From: Candidatus Omnitrophota bacterium
GTDB taxonomy: Bacteria > Omnitrophota > Gorgyraeia > Zapsychrales > Fredricksoniimonadaceae
Reading direction: 5' to 3'
Length of the DNA: 64,000 bases
NCBI GenBank assembly: GCA_903908245.1
Contig: CAIVRE010000008.1
Location: 1,432-65,431, forward strand
Numbering within the stretch: position 1 is the first letter of the stretch; every line of letters begins with the position of its first letter. The translations under genes were made by a program, and so were the position numbers. Shown here piece by piece: positions 1 through 12,000 of the stretch. The notes beneath the pieces were generated by a model. The model made no database searches, had not been told where the DNA came from, and saw only the letters and a list, made by a program, of their open reading frames with translations.

Positions 1-3000
1 CCGCCACGCCACAGAAACAACATCACCTGAAAGAACAGCCCGGATCTCCCGCTCTAAAAGAACATTAGACTCATGGGAAAATTGCAGGAAAGCGCCGAAT
101 TCGTGCGTCAGTGTCAATGCAAAAGCAAGGGGATCAGAAAGAAGGGGCTCATCGAAGAAGACGCCCCGGTCGGGAATAAAAGAACCGTCCAGGACCTCCG
201 AAGGCCCGGCCCGTACCTGGTCCGCGCGCTTCAAATAATCCAGGAAAACGTCAAGCGAAGCATCGCCGAACAATACGCGCAGCGCCTCAACAGCTTCCTG
301 CGCCAGCGGATCATTCAGGAGCGGGCGCATGTCCACTATCCGAAGGCCCTGCCACACCCTCCTCAAACGCGCCTGCTCGGCCTCAGCCTCGGCCATGCCC
401 CGGCCAGGCTTCAAACGCGCCGGATCCAAAGGCCTGCGTTGTTTCTCCGGGAAAAGATGGCGGATCGGTTCCGCATTCCCCGGCGTCCCCGGCCGGACGA
501 CCTGCTCCAGGAACGCGTCCACATCAAAATAATAAACCCGGCTCAGCGCGCGGGGCGATGCCAGCTTATTGAACTGCACGGAGAAGCGGCGGATCCTTTC
601 CCTGGAATCGATCAGGATGACCCGCTTGCCATCCTCGATCTGCTGCAAGACCAGGCTGCGCTGATTCTTGCTGTCACTGACAAAATGAATGCGGAAGAAC
701 TTGCGCAACGGGACATCAGCCGCATGAAAATGTTCTTTCTGATAAGACAGGATCTCCGTGATCGCCCTAAGGATATTATTCTTGAACAGCCACAACTCAT
801 CCACGCTCAACGTCTTTCCCAGCTCGGAATGATAAAAAGCCCTCATGACATAATATTCGATATCCCGCATCGCGATCAGGTCGCGCCATCCATAACGCGG
901 GAAACTCAGCGCCAGCATGGTCACAATGAACCCGAAATATAACGGGGCCAGCGTCAGGACATAAGCCGAGGGATTAAGCACGAAATCCCTGTACTTCAAA
1001 CGATGCCACACCAGGACACAGAAACGGGCGATCCCCCCCAGGCACAGCAAAAATATGGATATCATGATCCCCAGCGCGGGATTCCCTGATGCCACCCCGC
1101 CGATCAAGGCCGGGATCCCCAGGAACTTCACAAAACCCAGAGTCCCTTCTATCCCCAGAACGATCTTGCGCACGCGCGTCATGACCGCGTCACGGTCGCC
1201 ATTCAAGGCCGAACTGTATTTCGCGATAAAACCCAGTATCCCGCGATGCTTCGGCTCAGGCAAAGCGGCCTTCTTTGCAATGGCCCTGCGCGCTTTCATT
1301 GAACGGGCCTGGGACCGGATCGCGGTCCTTTCCGTCGGCTTCGATTCATGGATAGCGACCTGGCTTACAAACCAGTCGATCTCCTGACGGGAATACCCTT
1401 CGACAGATCCCGATAACAGGGTCCGGACAGCGGATCCATCAAGCCCTGCCGACCAGCACCAGGTCCCGTCCTTCAACCGCCCGGCAACCGCCACATCTTC
1501 CAGAGACCGGACATCGCCCCCGACCGATGCCGTCTCCCGGGCGATACACAAGGCCATCTGCGCGATCTTCAGGAATTCTTTTGCAAAAGCCGGATACACT
1601 CTTGCCGCAAGGCGCATTCCGCGCGCAGTGATCAAATGCGCAATGGACGCCTTCCTGACAAAAGTACGCGGCCGGTAGATCTGGACAAAATATTCCTTCA
1701 CATAACCGGGAGGGGAAACATCCAGGGGGCGTTCCAACACGGGTTCAAGCCCGGGGAATTTATCAAAATCATACGCCAACTGCCCCGAGACAAAAAGCAT
1801 GACCACCCGGCTTTGCGGCGACATTTCCGCATTGATCTTTTCCTGAAGCCGCGTACGGAAAACCGCCGCCTCTCCCTGGTCAGAGGAATACGCATAAAAG
1901 AAATAGAAGATGTCAGTGCCTGTCCAGTCAAGCTGGAACGCGTCACCCTCATGCAAAACAATATCGGCCTCACCCACGATCTTTTCCTGGCGGGCTCTTT
2001 CCAGCGCCAGCCGGGATATCCGCGCAAGGGCCGGATCAAGTTCCGCCGCCACAGCCGTCATCCCGAAATATCCGCACGCCAGAAGCGCACCGCGCATATC
2101 CGCCCCTGATCCAAACTCAAAGAACCGTTTACCGGCCAATGCCCCGGCCTCCCCCAGCGCGGCGAATACTCCCCATAAACTCTCTATGGGTGTCGGAGAA
2201 TAGATCGTCCCGTTATCCAGCGTATCCCCGTCGTAACTCTTTGCATGCTTTTCATACACATCCTGCAAAAGCGCTTCCACGCGCGCACGCTTATCCTGCG
2301 GCTGCTCTCCTTCTGCCGGAACGCCTCTTTGATAAGCCGTATTAAAATATATTTTAATGAAATCCCGCAGGCTTTCCGGCGCGGTATCCATAACGGTGAA
2401 ATGATCCCGCATACTCTCCGACGGAGCAAGGCGATAAACAGCCCGGAGGGACGCATCGGGGATCCACAGCAGCGGCTCACGGCCGCCGGAAACTGTCTGC
2501 ACAAAAGCGGCATCTTCCTCCCGCGGCGCTAACGGCTGGAAATGGAACCTGGTGACCGCCAGCGACAACAGCAACGGATTGATGACCGTATTATGGATAC
2601 GCATGACTTCCGGAAAACGCGACAGGAACTGTGCGAACAAATGTCCCGCCAGGCCGCGGCCGCGCAGGTCTTCACGGACCCAGATCCCGCGGATGCCAAG
2701 CATATGCCCGTCTTCCTCGGCGCCATCCTCGTGCTGCTGGGCATACATAAAAGCCGCTTTTTTCCCGTCGGCGTCATGAACGTCCAGCGAATGATACGAA
2801 TCACCGATATCGATCGTCCTCATGCTGAAAGAGCCGGGAAGATCCCTCTTCGTCTCAGGCCCGGCCCTGTCGCCCAGCGTAAGCGGCGCCTCGGGATTAT
2901 CCGAATTGTGCATAAAATGCATCAGAACATCGCCAACCACCGCGCCCAGGAAACCACACACCGGCATCGCCAAAAACCACGGCGAGAAAAAGAACGCTCC

Positions 3001-6000
3001 GGCGCCCCCGGCCAGCACCGTTCCGGCGACCGCAGCCAGGCGGATCTCCAGGGTACCCTGCAACCGCGTTTCACGTTCCATCTCCGTCCGATTGTTATGG
3101 GCCATTTCATAACGCAAAGAGAACGCCATAAAAATTTCTATCAACGGCGCAATGAACAGCTCGGTCAGGCGGCCAACCTGTGCCGGCGAAGGACGCCAAA
3201 GGCCGAAGGTCATCTCCCGCACCCAGCCGAACACCCGGCGGCCGAACACATAAGTCTCCGGCAGGGTCAAGGGCGCGCCACCCCGCGGTAACGGAATGAC
3301 CGGAGCGCTTCCGGTCAGGATCGCTTCGACCAGGGCCCTGGCCCTTCTGAACCGCACACTGTCCGCCGCCTGCTCGTGCAGGATGATCCCCTGCAAATGA
3401 CAGAAGAACAGGTCACGGGACTGTGCCGAACGCTGCGCGACCGTACGGGAATACCAGGATAAAAGGATATCGCACACCGCCCCGTCCGGCAGGCAGCTGC
3501 TGATCACGCTCATCAGGGACTTGTCGCCGAAATTGTCGATCCGTTCATCGGTCACCATCCCCAGGAACGCCGCACCGGCCGCGATCCAGGACGCCCCCCG
3601 GCGAATATTCTCGTCGTGATTAAGCAGCATTTTCTTCAAGGCCATCGCCATAACATCCGCCGCGGCCGGGGCGAAATGCATGGCAATGACGTTCGCCATC
3701 GAGAATTCTCCGGAATGTTCGCTGGCATAGCGGCATATCCCGTCAACGGAAAGGTGCCACATCCGCTCGCCTTCATCGGAAACGTCTGCGCGCGGAAGGC
3801 GCCCCTCGCTCATGATCGACCTCAGCCCTGACAGAATATCCCCCACCACCTCCTTGCGCAGCATCTCGGCCCTGACGATCACCAGGACCCCGTCCACCCG
3901 CTGAACCGCCTTGCCGCCCCGGGAAAGAAGGGCCTCCAGCTCCGGCTGTAATGAAATATCGTCCTGTGAACAGATCGCCATCACATACGACCGGCGCCTG
4001 ATCACATCTGTCCCGATATGGATCCAGACGCGTGACTTGCCATCATCAAGGCGCTCGCGTATCGCGGCAATGACCGACGGCAACAATCGTTCGTACTGCC
4101 CGTGGTCCGCGTAAAAACGCTGGCTGATACTGACCCCCGGGGCATAGGACCCTTTGGTATCCAGCAGGATATCCTGCGGGGAAGACCGATGGATATCGTA
4201 CGCCGCCGCCGAAAATTCCTCGAAAAGACGGCCGATCCGCTCCCTGGACAGGCTAAGGACGGACGCGACAAGGCGGACCGTCTCTTCATAAATAGCCGGG
4301 CAACCGACCATGTTCTCCGTGAAATTCAATGTATCCGACATGATGCTGTAAACCGTCAGCCATGCGATCAAAGGGTCAAGCACGAGCGCGCTGGCCCCGT
4401 ACTCCTGGCTGATCATGAACGCGGCCGAAGCGCCCTTCTCGATGCGGCTCCCCTGCCCCGCGGCAGTCCCCGGACGGGCCGGATGATGGTCGATCGTCAG
4501 CCACGTGGCATGGCCTGTGGAATCCACCTGGACCGCATAGGAACGGCGCAGCAACGCAGGCAGGTCGACCTCTTCCGTAAAGCACATTCTGCTCAGGACG
4601 CCGCCGTCCAGGACCCGCGCAAACACAAAGCGGATCAGGTCGTCAACCTTCTCCCTGGCCCCGAACAATACCGGGGCAACAAGGACATCGCGGCGGCCAA
4701 GGACCGCAAACTGGCAATGCAGCAGATAAGCCGTATTCATCGCGCTGACGAAGGAATCGATATCCATATGATCCGCAAAAACGACCACACGCTGACGATC
4801 GTCCGACGTGTCCGCCAGTGCCGCACCCAGGTCCTGAGCAAAGAAATCGCGGGCCGTCATGGGAGCCCCCGCCTCTCCTCTGGTCCTCACCAGCGCGGCC
4901 GCCTGGCGGATGACCGCATAGGACGGCAAACGATCCCCCCTCACCCTGCCGCGGGCCAGATCGATAAGGAAGTCCCCTTCCGCGATCGTCGCCGCGCGGT
5001 GATCACCCGAGGCAAATGCCTTGAGTTCATGGACCAGGGTCGTTTCAAAGAAAGGATCATTCTGCACGGCAAGGAGGATGACAGGAAGGGACCGGTCGCC
5101 GTTATTGGCACCAAGAAAAATGTTCTGCCTATCCGGCCCGGCGAGAATGCGCCCGCAGCGGCGCACCTCCTCGATGAAGGCGGATTCTTTCGGATACGTC
5201 CGCACATACCAGGCCAGCACCGCCTGCACACGCGGATCCCGCATCACATCCGCGAATCCCGGGAATCCCGCGCCGGCCAGCACGCCAAAACGCGCCACCA
5301 CTTCCTGCTCGGTCCTGTCGGGGCACGGTTTGGCACGGTCTGTCTTCTCGCCATTGATCAAGGGCCTGGCAGCGGCAAGCGCCCGGCGCAAACGGCGATC
5401 GAACTGACGGGGCGCCTGCTTGAGGATAATGCTCTTGAACATCCGCCGGGCTTCGACCGAAAGATCGATCGTGGAGGCTTCGACCGAATCAAACCAGGCG
5501 ATCGGCACTTCCAGAACACGCGCGCCCGCCAGTTTTGAGAGCAGCAGCGCTTCCGTGTCCCACGAAAAGCCGCGGTCCTGCACATGCGGAAGGATCGCGC
5601 CGATGACCGCGCGTTTGAAAAGCTTGAACCCGCGCTGGGTGTCTTCGATCCCCCTCAAAGGCGGCAATCCCCAATGAATGATCAGATTAAAGATCTTGCT
5701 GGAAATATACCGCTTCAGCGGGACATGCTCACTCTCGCCGCCGGCAGTCCAGCGCGACCCGATCGCGACATCCGCCTGGCCGTTAACAATAACCGAGGAC
5801 AACAGCGGCGCCAATAACATATTCGTCGATATATCCAGGTCAGTGATCCCGATCAGTTCCGCCCAACCATCACCGTACGCCTCCTGGAACCCGCGATAGA
5901 CCGCGCCGCCCTTGCGGCTGGACAGATATTTCTTTTCCGGCGGTGTCATCACGATCACACGGACCATGTCCATGGGGAGATCATCGGGAAGCGCGATACC

Positions 6001-9000
6001 GCGGGCACGGTATTCATCCCGCACACGGACCCAGGACGCCTTGAAATCCTCCCAGATCGCGCGAACACACCCGGCAGACGCCGCACCCGGCGTGCCGTCA
6101 TCAACAAAATAATACCTGAGTTCCCGTGAAGGATTTTCCGACATCTGGACCAGGGCCTGCAGGAACTTCGCGCGGAGGGCATCTTCCCCGTTAGGATTCT
6201 CCCGGCTATACGGCATGGACCGCGCCATCTCGTTGAACATGGGGATGATCCACGCTTCGCGGATCACACGCCCGACAGGCGCGAGGCCCCGGTTCACGGA
6301 CGACGCTTCGCTGAACTTCACCTTCTCTTTCCCGGAACGCGGCTCAAGAGGAGAATGTTCCACCGGGCCGGCACGAGGCTCCTCGGCTTCACGCTTCAAC
6401 TTCGCCGTTCGAACAACGGCCCTGTTCCGGCTTAAGGCACGAATAACCAATACCGCGAGAATACCCAGCGTCACAATAATAGAAAGCTTGATCACTAATG
6501 GCGAAACCCCGATCGCGGACAATATCACCGGCGCCGCAAGCCAGGCATGGCATGGCATCCCCTTCTCCGAACGCCCGTCACCGGTGAAAACCAGCCCAAC
6601 GAACTGCTTGAATTCCGGCGAATCCAAACCAGCCTGTGCCGTGATCGATGCCGCGTCCAACTTCAGGTCTTCCGCCATGCCGCGCAAAATACCATAGATC
6701 TTCCGGGGATCCCCGCTGGAAGCGATCTGTTCAAGAGCGTCCTGCCAGACACGGCCCGGAATATGTTCAAGACCAAAATTGCCATCATATTCAACCAGCG
6801 CATTACCCTGTATGGTATACAACACCAGGCGCCACAGCTCCCCGGCCATCCTGCGGGTCGCGTTGTAAGCGTCAGTGGTATCAAAAAACGTTGTACGGCT
6901 TTCCGCGGACAGCCAGCCTTCTGCCTGAACCTTCCGTCGGAACGCATAAAAATTCGCCATGGTCCTGCGCTGCTGGACAGGGCTGGCGATAACGATGACC
7001 CGCACCGCAGAACGGGCCTGACGCCTTGCTTCAAGCCAGGGCAGGATATTCTGGAAATTCTCAAGCGTATTGGTGGACGCCGTCTCAAGCATGATCCGGC
7101 CCAGGGCCGGGGCACCGGGATGCTCATGGCGCAGGACAGCCTCAATAAGGCCCGCTTCACTCACTAGCGGCGCGCGGGCATTAAAGAATGCCATCTTCTC
7201 ATCGAGTTTCATGGCCTCGGACATCATGACATCGACAATGAGCCGGTATTCCGGGTGATCCATGGACGCGATCTCAACACCCTCGCGCAATCGTACCGTC
7301 ACCCCGCGCCTTAACGCCTCTCCCAGCGTTTTCCAGGTCAGCCGCCCGCGGCCGCTGGTGATAACAAGCTCCCTCACGTCCCCTTTTTCAAGAAGGCCAT
7401 ACGCCAGCGCCCATGTTTCCGGGACACACGACGCGCACAACACGGCCGCATCATACACGCCTTCCCTGCGTGACAACGCCCGGCCTCCATGAACGGTCAG
7501 GAAATCCACCAATGGCGCCAGCGGGATACGGACCGTCAACCGGGTCCCAGAGGGGATCCCCTCGCGCTCACCCTTGCGGAAACTGACCAGCTCCATGGAC
7601 CCGCCCAATCCCCGCGCGTATTCCCCGATGATCAACAACCCGCGCCCCCCCGTCCCCTTGGGCGATACCAGAGGGAACCTGGACAGATACCGCAGAGCCG
7701 CATCCATGTCCATCACGCCGCCCTCGGCAAAGAAACGGTCCCATTCCTGCAGGGCAGGATTTGGGCCATTCACTTCCCAGACTGTCCGCGTAGAATCCTC
7801 GTCGGCCAGCCAGGCCCTCGCGCCCTTCTCGATCGCGGACGGGTCGATCCCCTCACCCAGGTCACGGACCGACAGGCACAACGCGCCGTCGTCAATGACC
7901 GCGCAAAAAGCAGGCGGAGCGTCTTTGGGAGAAAAAACGACCGCGTTATTGAGCATCTCGAAAACGATCATCCCGATCTGATGCGTATCCATATCCGGCA
8001 GACTGGACGGCAGGTCGATCAACACCTCAAGCGAAGCCCCCGTCGGCGAAGCAGGATCGCTCACCTGCGCCCGGACCTCCTGTTCCACCGCGGAGACCAG
8101 CCCCGGGGCTGGAACAGCCTGCGGACGGGACATCACGGACAGTCCTGCAAAAACAGGGTCCAGGACATCATCGAGGAACAGATTGCGCGTCTTGCGCCGG
8201 CGCCCCTCGGCAAGAATATCCTTTTCAATACGGTCCAGTATCATGGAAAGCTCTTCCGGCGACTCAACGCGACGGATCAGCTCGTCCATGCGGCCATGCT
8301 GCAACAATCCATACGCCAGCAGGGCCCCGCGGCGATGGTCCGGGTCGCCATAGACCTTTTCCAGAAAATCGCGCGCCACCGTCACATATTGCTCAAAGAC
8401 CCTGAATTCCCCGCCGCAACGGTCAACAGCAGCCTCAAGCGCCGTCGCGATAAAGAACTTGAAGATGTAATATCTCTCTTTGGGAGACCACAACTCGGAC
8501 TCCATCTGCTGGAGAAAATCCAGGAACGCATCACGGTCCCCCGGCCTGAACTGCCGATACTGCGACTGTGCCATCGCCAGCGGAGAGAACGGCTTGGCTT
8601 CGGCAAAACGCGCCGCCAGCACCCCCAGAAGCTCCAGGATCTCGCGGCGCTCCCTGACATTGTTCTCGTCGGTCATTTCCGTCACGACACCCCGCGCGCG
8701 AAAAACCCGGTCGACCCCGTGCCACCCCTCCGCGCGGGACAACCGCCGGCGAACGCCCCAGGGGATACGCCGCAGGGCTTCCCCCGGCGTTGTCACCAGC
8801 GCCCTGAAATACGCCGGGGACAAAACCTCCCGACGAGTGCCATTGCGGATGGTCTGTCCGCTCAGCGGCGCCGGAAGCTCAACGAACACATCGTCCATAC
8901 CCTCCAACTGACACGCAGCAAAATATTCATGCCACCCCTGCACGATCTCGCGGCGTTCATTGCGCCCGAAATCATACCGCCCGCCGGCCAGGGCCATCAA

Positions 9001-12000
9001 AAGCCGCCGCAAAAGATTGAGCGACACTTCGCTGGAGATCCCCAGGGACGCCACCTCGCGCAACACACGCTCCCCCTCCGCCGGATGCGCCGCGATAAAA
9101 GCACGCAGGTCCCAGGCCGCGAGCAGGGCATTGTCCTTAAGCAGATCAAGCCCGTACCGCGCCGCCGTCTTTCCAAGCTCTCCGTCACCGCCCAGCGCCA
9201 GCACGGACAAAAGCACCGGCCGCTTCACCTGTCCTTCCACACGGGCCAGCATATCGAGCACGACCGTGTCAGTGACCGGGGACCGGATGGCCGCCTCGGG
9301 ATGTTCCGCGCGGTTGCGCGCGGTCACCGGATAAGGATAACGCGCCAGGACATCGCCCCCCATGTCAACGCCGATGGTCAGGACATCCTTGCCGCGGTTC
9401 ATCGCCAGATACTCTTTTGCCAGGGGTGCGCCGCCATAGGTCAGGTCCATCAGGACCAGGTCGATCCCGGCCGCCGCAAGGCCCTGGACGATCAGGCCCT
9501 CACTGATCCCGACGGATATCTGCCTGCCGCCCACATCCACCCGTGCGACCAGGCCCTCTTCTTTCAAGGGATAGAACAACCGTGTCCCCGACAAAGGCTG
9601 CAAGGGCGTAAAGATCCCGTTGCCTTCCGTCCCCAATGCCGCGGGCGGCGTCGGACCGCCGACTGGATTCTCCTCGCCGCGCTTGAGGTTGGTGGTAAAG
9701 ACCGTAAAATGCGGCACCGGGATCCCGTGTTCCCTGCACAACAGCGCGAGCATCCCGACAAAGAACGTCGCGCCCAAAGCGTCACCGCCCCCGCCAAGGG
9801 TCACAATATGGACTTCCTTGGGTGATCCCCGCAGGACATTAAGGAACAGATCATTGTTCAACACAGATGGTTTCGCGGCAAAAGAACGGGACAGGACCCG
9901 CGGCAGCCATCCCCAGGAACGACGGGCAGAAAAAGGCAGCAACGCCAGGACCTTGTCGGCCAGGGCAGGAAGGTCCTCGCACTCCGGCTCGCCGGCCTCC
10001 ATTGGCGCGACCTGATAATACCGGAAAGAACTATCCGGATACGCCGTGCCCTGCGTCCGCAGCACATCATGATCATCCACCAGCACGTGATACCCCAAAA
10101 GCCGCACATCCTTGATGCCCGGATATATCATGAAACGTTCGATCCAGTCCTCGGCCCGTTCCGGCGCATAAAGAGCATATGCCCCGGACAGGTCTTCAAA
10201 GAAATCCAGGTAATCGGCAGGATCCAGGTCATAACACGAATAATTTTCACGCGTGATGAAGAGTTCGAAATATCCGGCCAGTTGCGGGCAATGGTCGATG
10301 AACAATTCTACCGCCGGTCGCGCGGCATAACTCCACAACACCAAGCGGACCCCGGCATCTTCCAGCCGCTTCAATACTTTTGCCATACCCGGGCGGGCCG
10401 AATATGTATTCGTCACTGGATCATAAAGGGCAAGCGTATTGTCCATATCCATGGCCACCGTATGACGGCGGGAGGATATTTCACGCTGCAAACTGACGAA
10501 AGAATCCTTATAAATAGTTCCTGGGATAAAACGCGCATGAACCGGAACGCTTCTGGGATCAATGAATGCAGGGCAAGGCTGCGGACGAATGGCCTTCGCC
10601 GCTCTCCAGACCCCGCGCTTCCATCCCAGCCAGGCCAGGACCCCAAGCGCAACAGCAGCTCCCGCCAGCATCCAGGCCCCTCCCGCTGACGGCGCCATCA
10701 GGATCAGCGCCGGCCAGGCCGCGCACTGAAGCGACACGGACGGGTGCCGCCTGTCTTCTTCCGGACGGGATAAAAGCCTTTCAACAGACAGCAGCACAAG
10801 ATCCAACGCCTCATTCAAACCGGTTTTATGCCGTTCCGCTTCCATGTCATCAGGCGTCGTCAGAACGACCTCAAGTATAGCCTCCGCCCTGGACAGGGCG
10901 GCCGCAAGCGTGGCGTCTTTGGGATCAAGAATGACCGCCGCGTACGCCTTGAACCGCTCCACGACCGGCGCCGGCATGCTGAGCTTGACCCTGATCCCCT
11001 GGCGGTTAAGGTAGGCCCAGACCGGCCAGAACCGCGGCAGGGCCGCCATGTCCCCGCAAATGGAAGCGTCTTCTCCGGCGGCAGAGCCCGAAGCTGTCGT
11101 CTGGACAATAGCCCGCAAGACCCGCGGCGTCACATTCATAAAATACATTTCATGGTCCTTGGGATCAGCCCGGCGCACATTCGGATGCAGCGCCGCGGTA
11201 AGGTCGTTGGTCCCGAAACTGATGAACGAAGCCATCGTCAGGGCTTCCTGCGGCTCGGCGACCAGCTCCGCGGTCTCCACCATCGTCCCGACGGGGAATA
11301 AAACCTCTTCGTCCGGGACTCCTTCCATCCGGCGGGCCTCTGCCAGAAGGCCCAGGGCTTCTTTCATATCCGCGGCGGACTTGACCATCGGGAACATCAC
11401 CCGGAAATTGGTAAGCCCCCGGCGATAAAGCCGGATCCAGGCCCTGAACTGCTGCAGCGCGACCGCCCGGCCCAGCGGATGCTCCAGATACCACTTGTAA
11501 CCGACATACTTGATCCAGCTGAATGCCCGCGGCAATTTGTCTTCCTGCAGGTCGATCACGCGGAACGTGACCGACCGCCCTTTCGCCGCTTCCGCGATCC
11601 CGGTAAAAATGGCAAGCAACCGGTCGATCGACGGGATGGTCAGGCTCTCGTAAATGTTCTCCACCCGTACCAGTCCGATAAAATTCGCCCGCCAGCGCGT
11701 GACCGCATCCCCGATGAGCCGGCTATTGTCCGCATTGGCCCCTGCCACGATCCGTGGATCCTCCTCACCCTCAACAACGGCCGCCCTCTCTGAAACCGCG
11801 CCGGTCCCCGCCGCACGACGGGTCGAACGCCCCGGGTTGACCAGGATCCCGTCCGCCGTCAGAAGGACGCGCAGATCCTCATGAAGAGGGGTTCCCGCAT
11901 CCGCGAACGAAGCATCGATAACAATAACCGGAAGATTATAACTTTTGGCCATAAGCGCGTAATGAGACTGCGGCGAACCGGCCATATTGAGCACCGCCAG

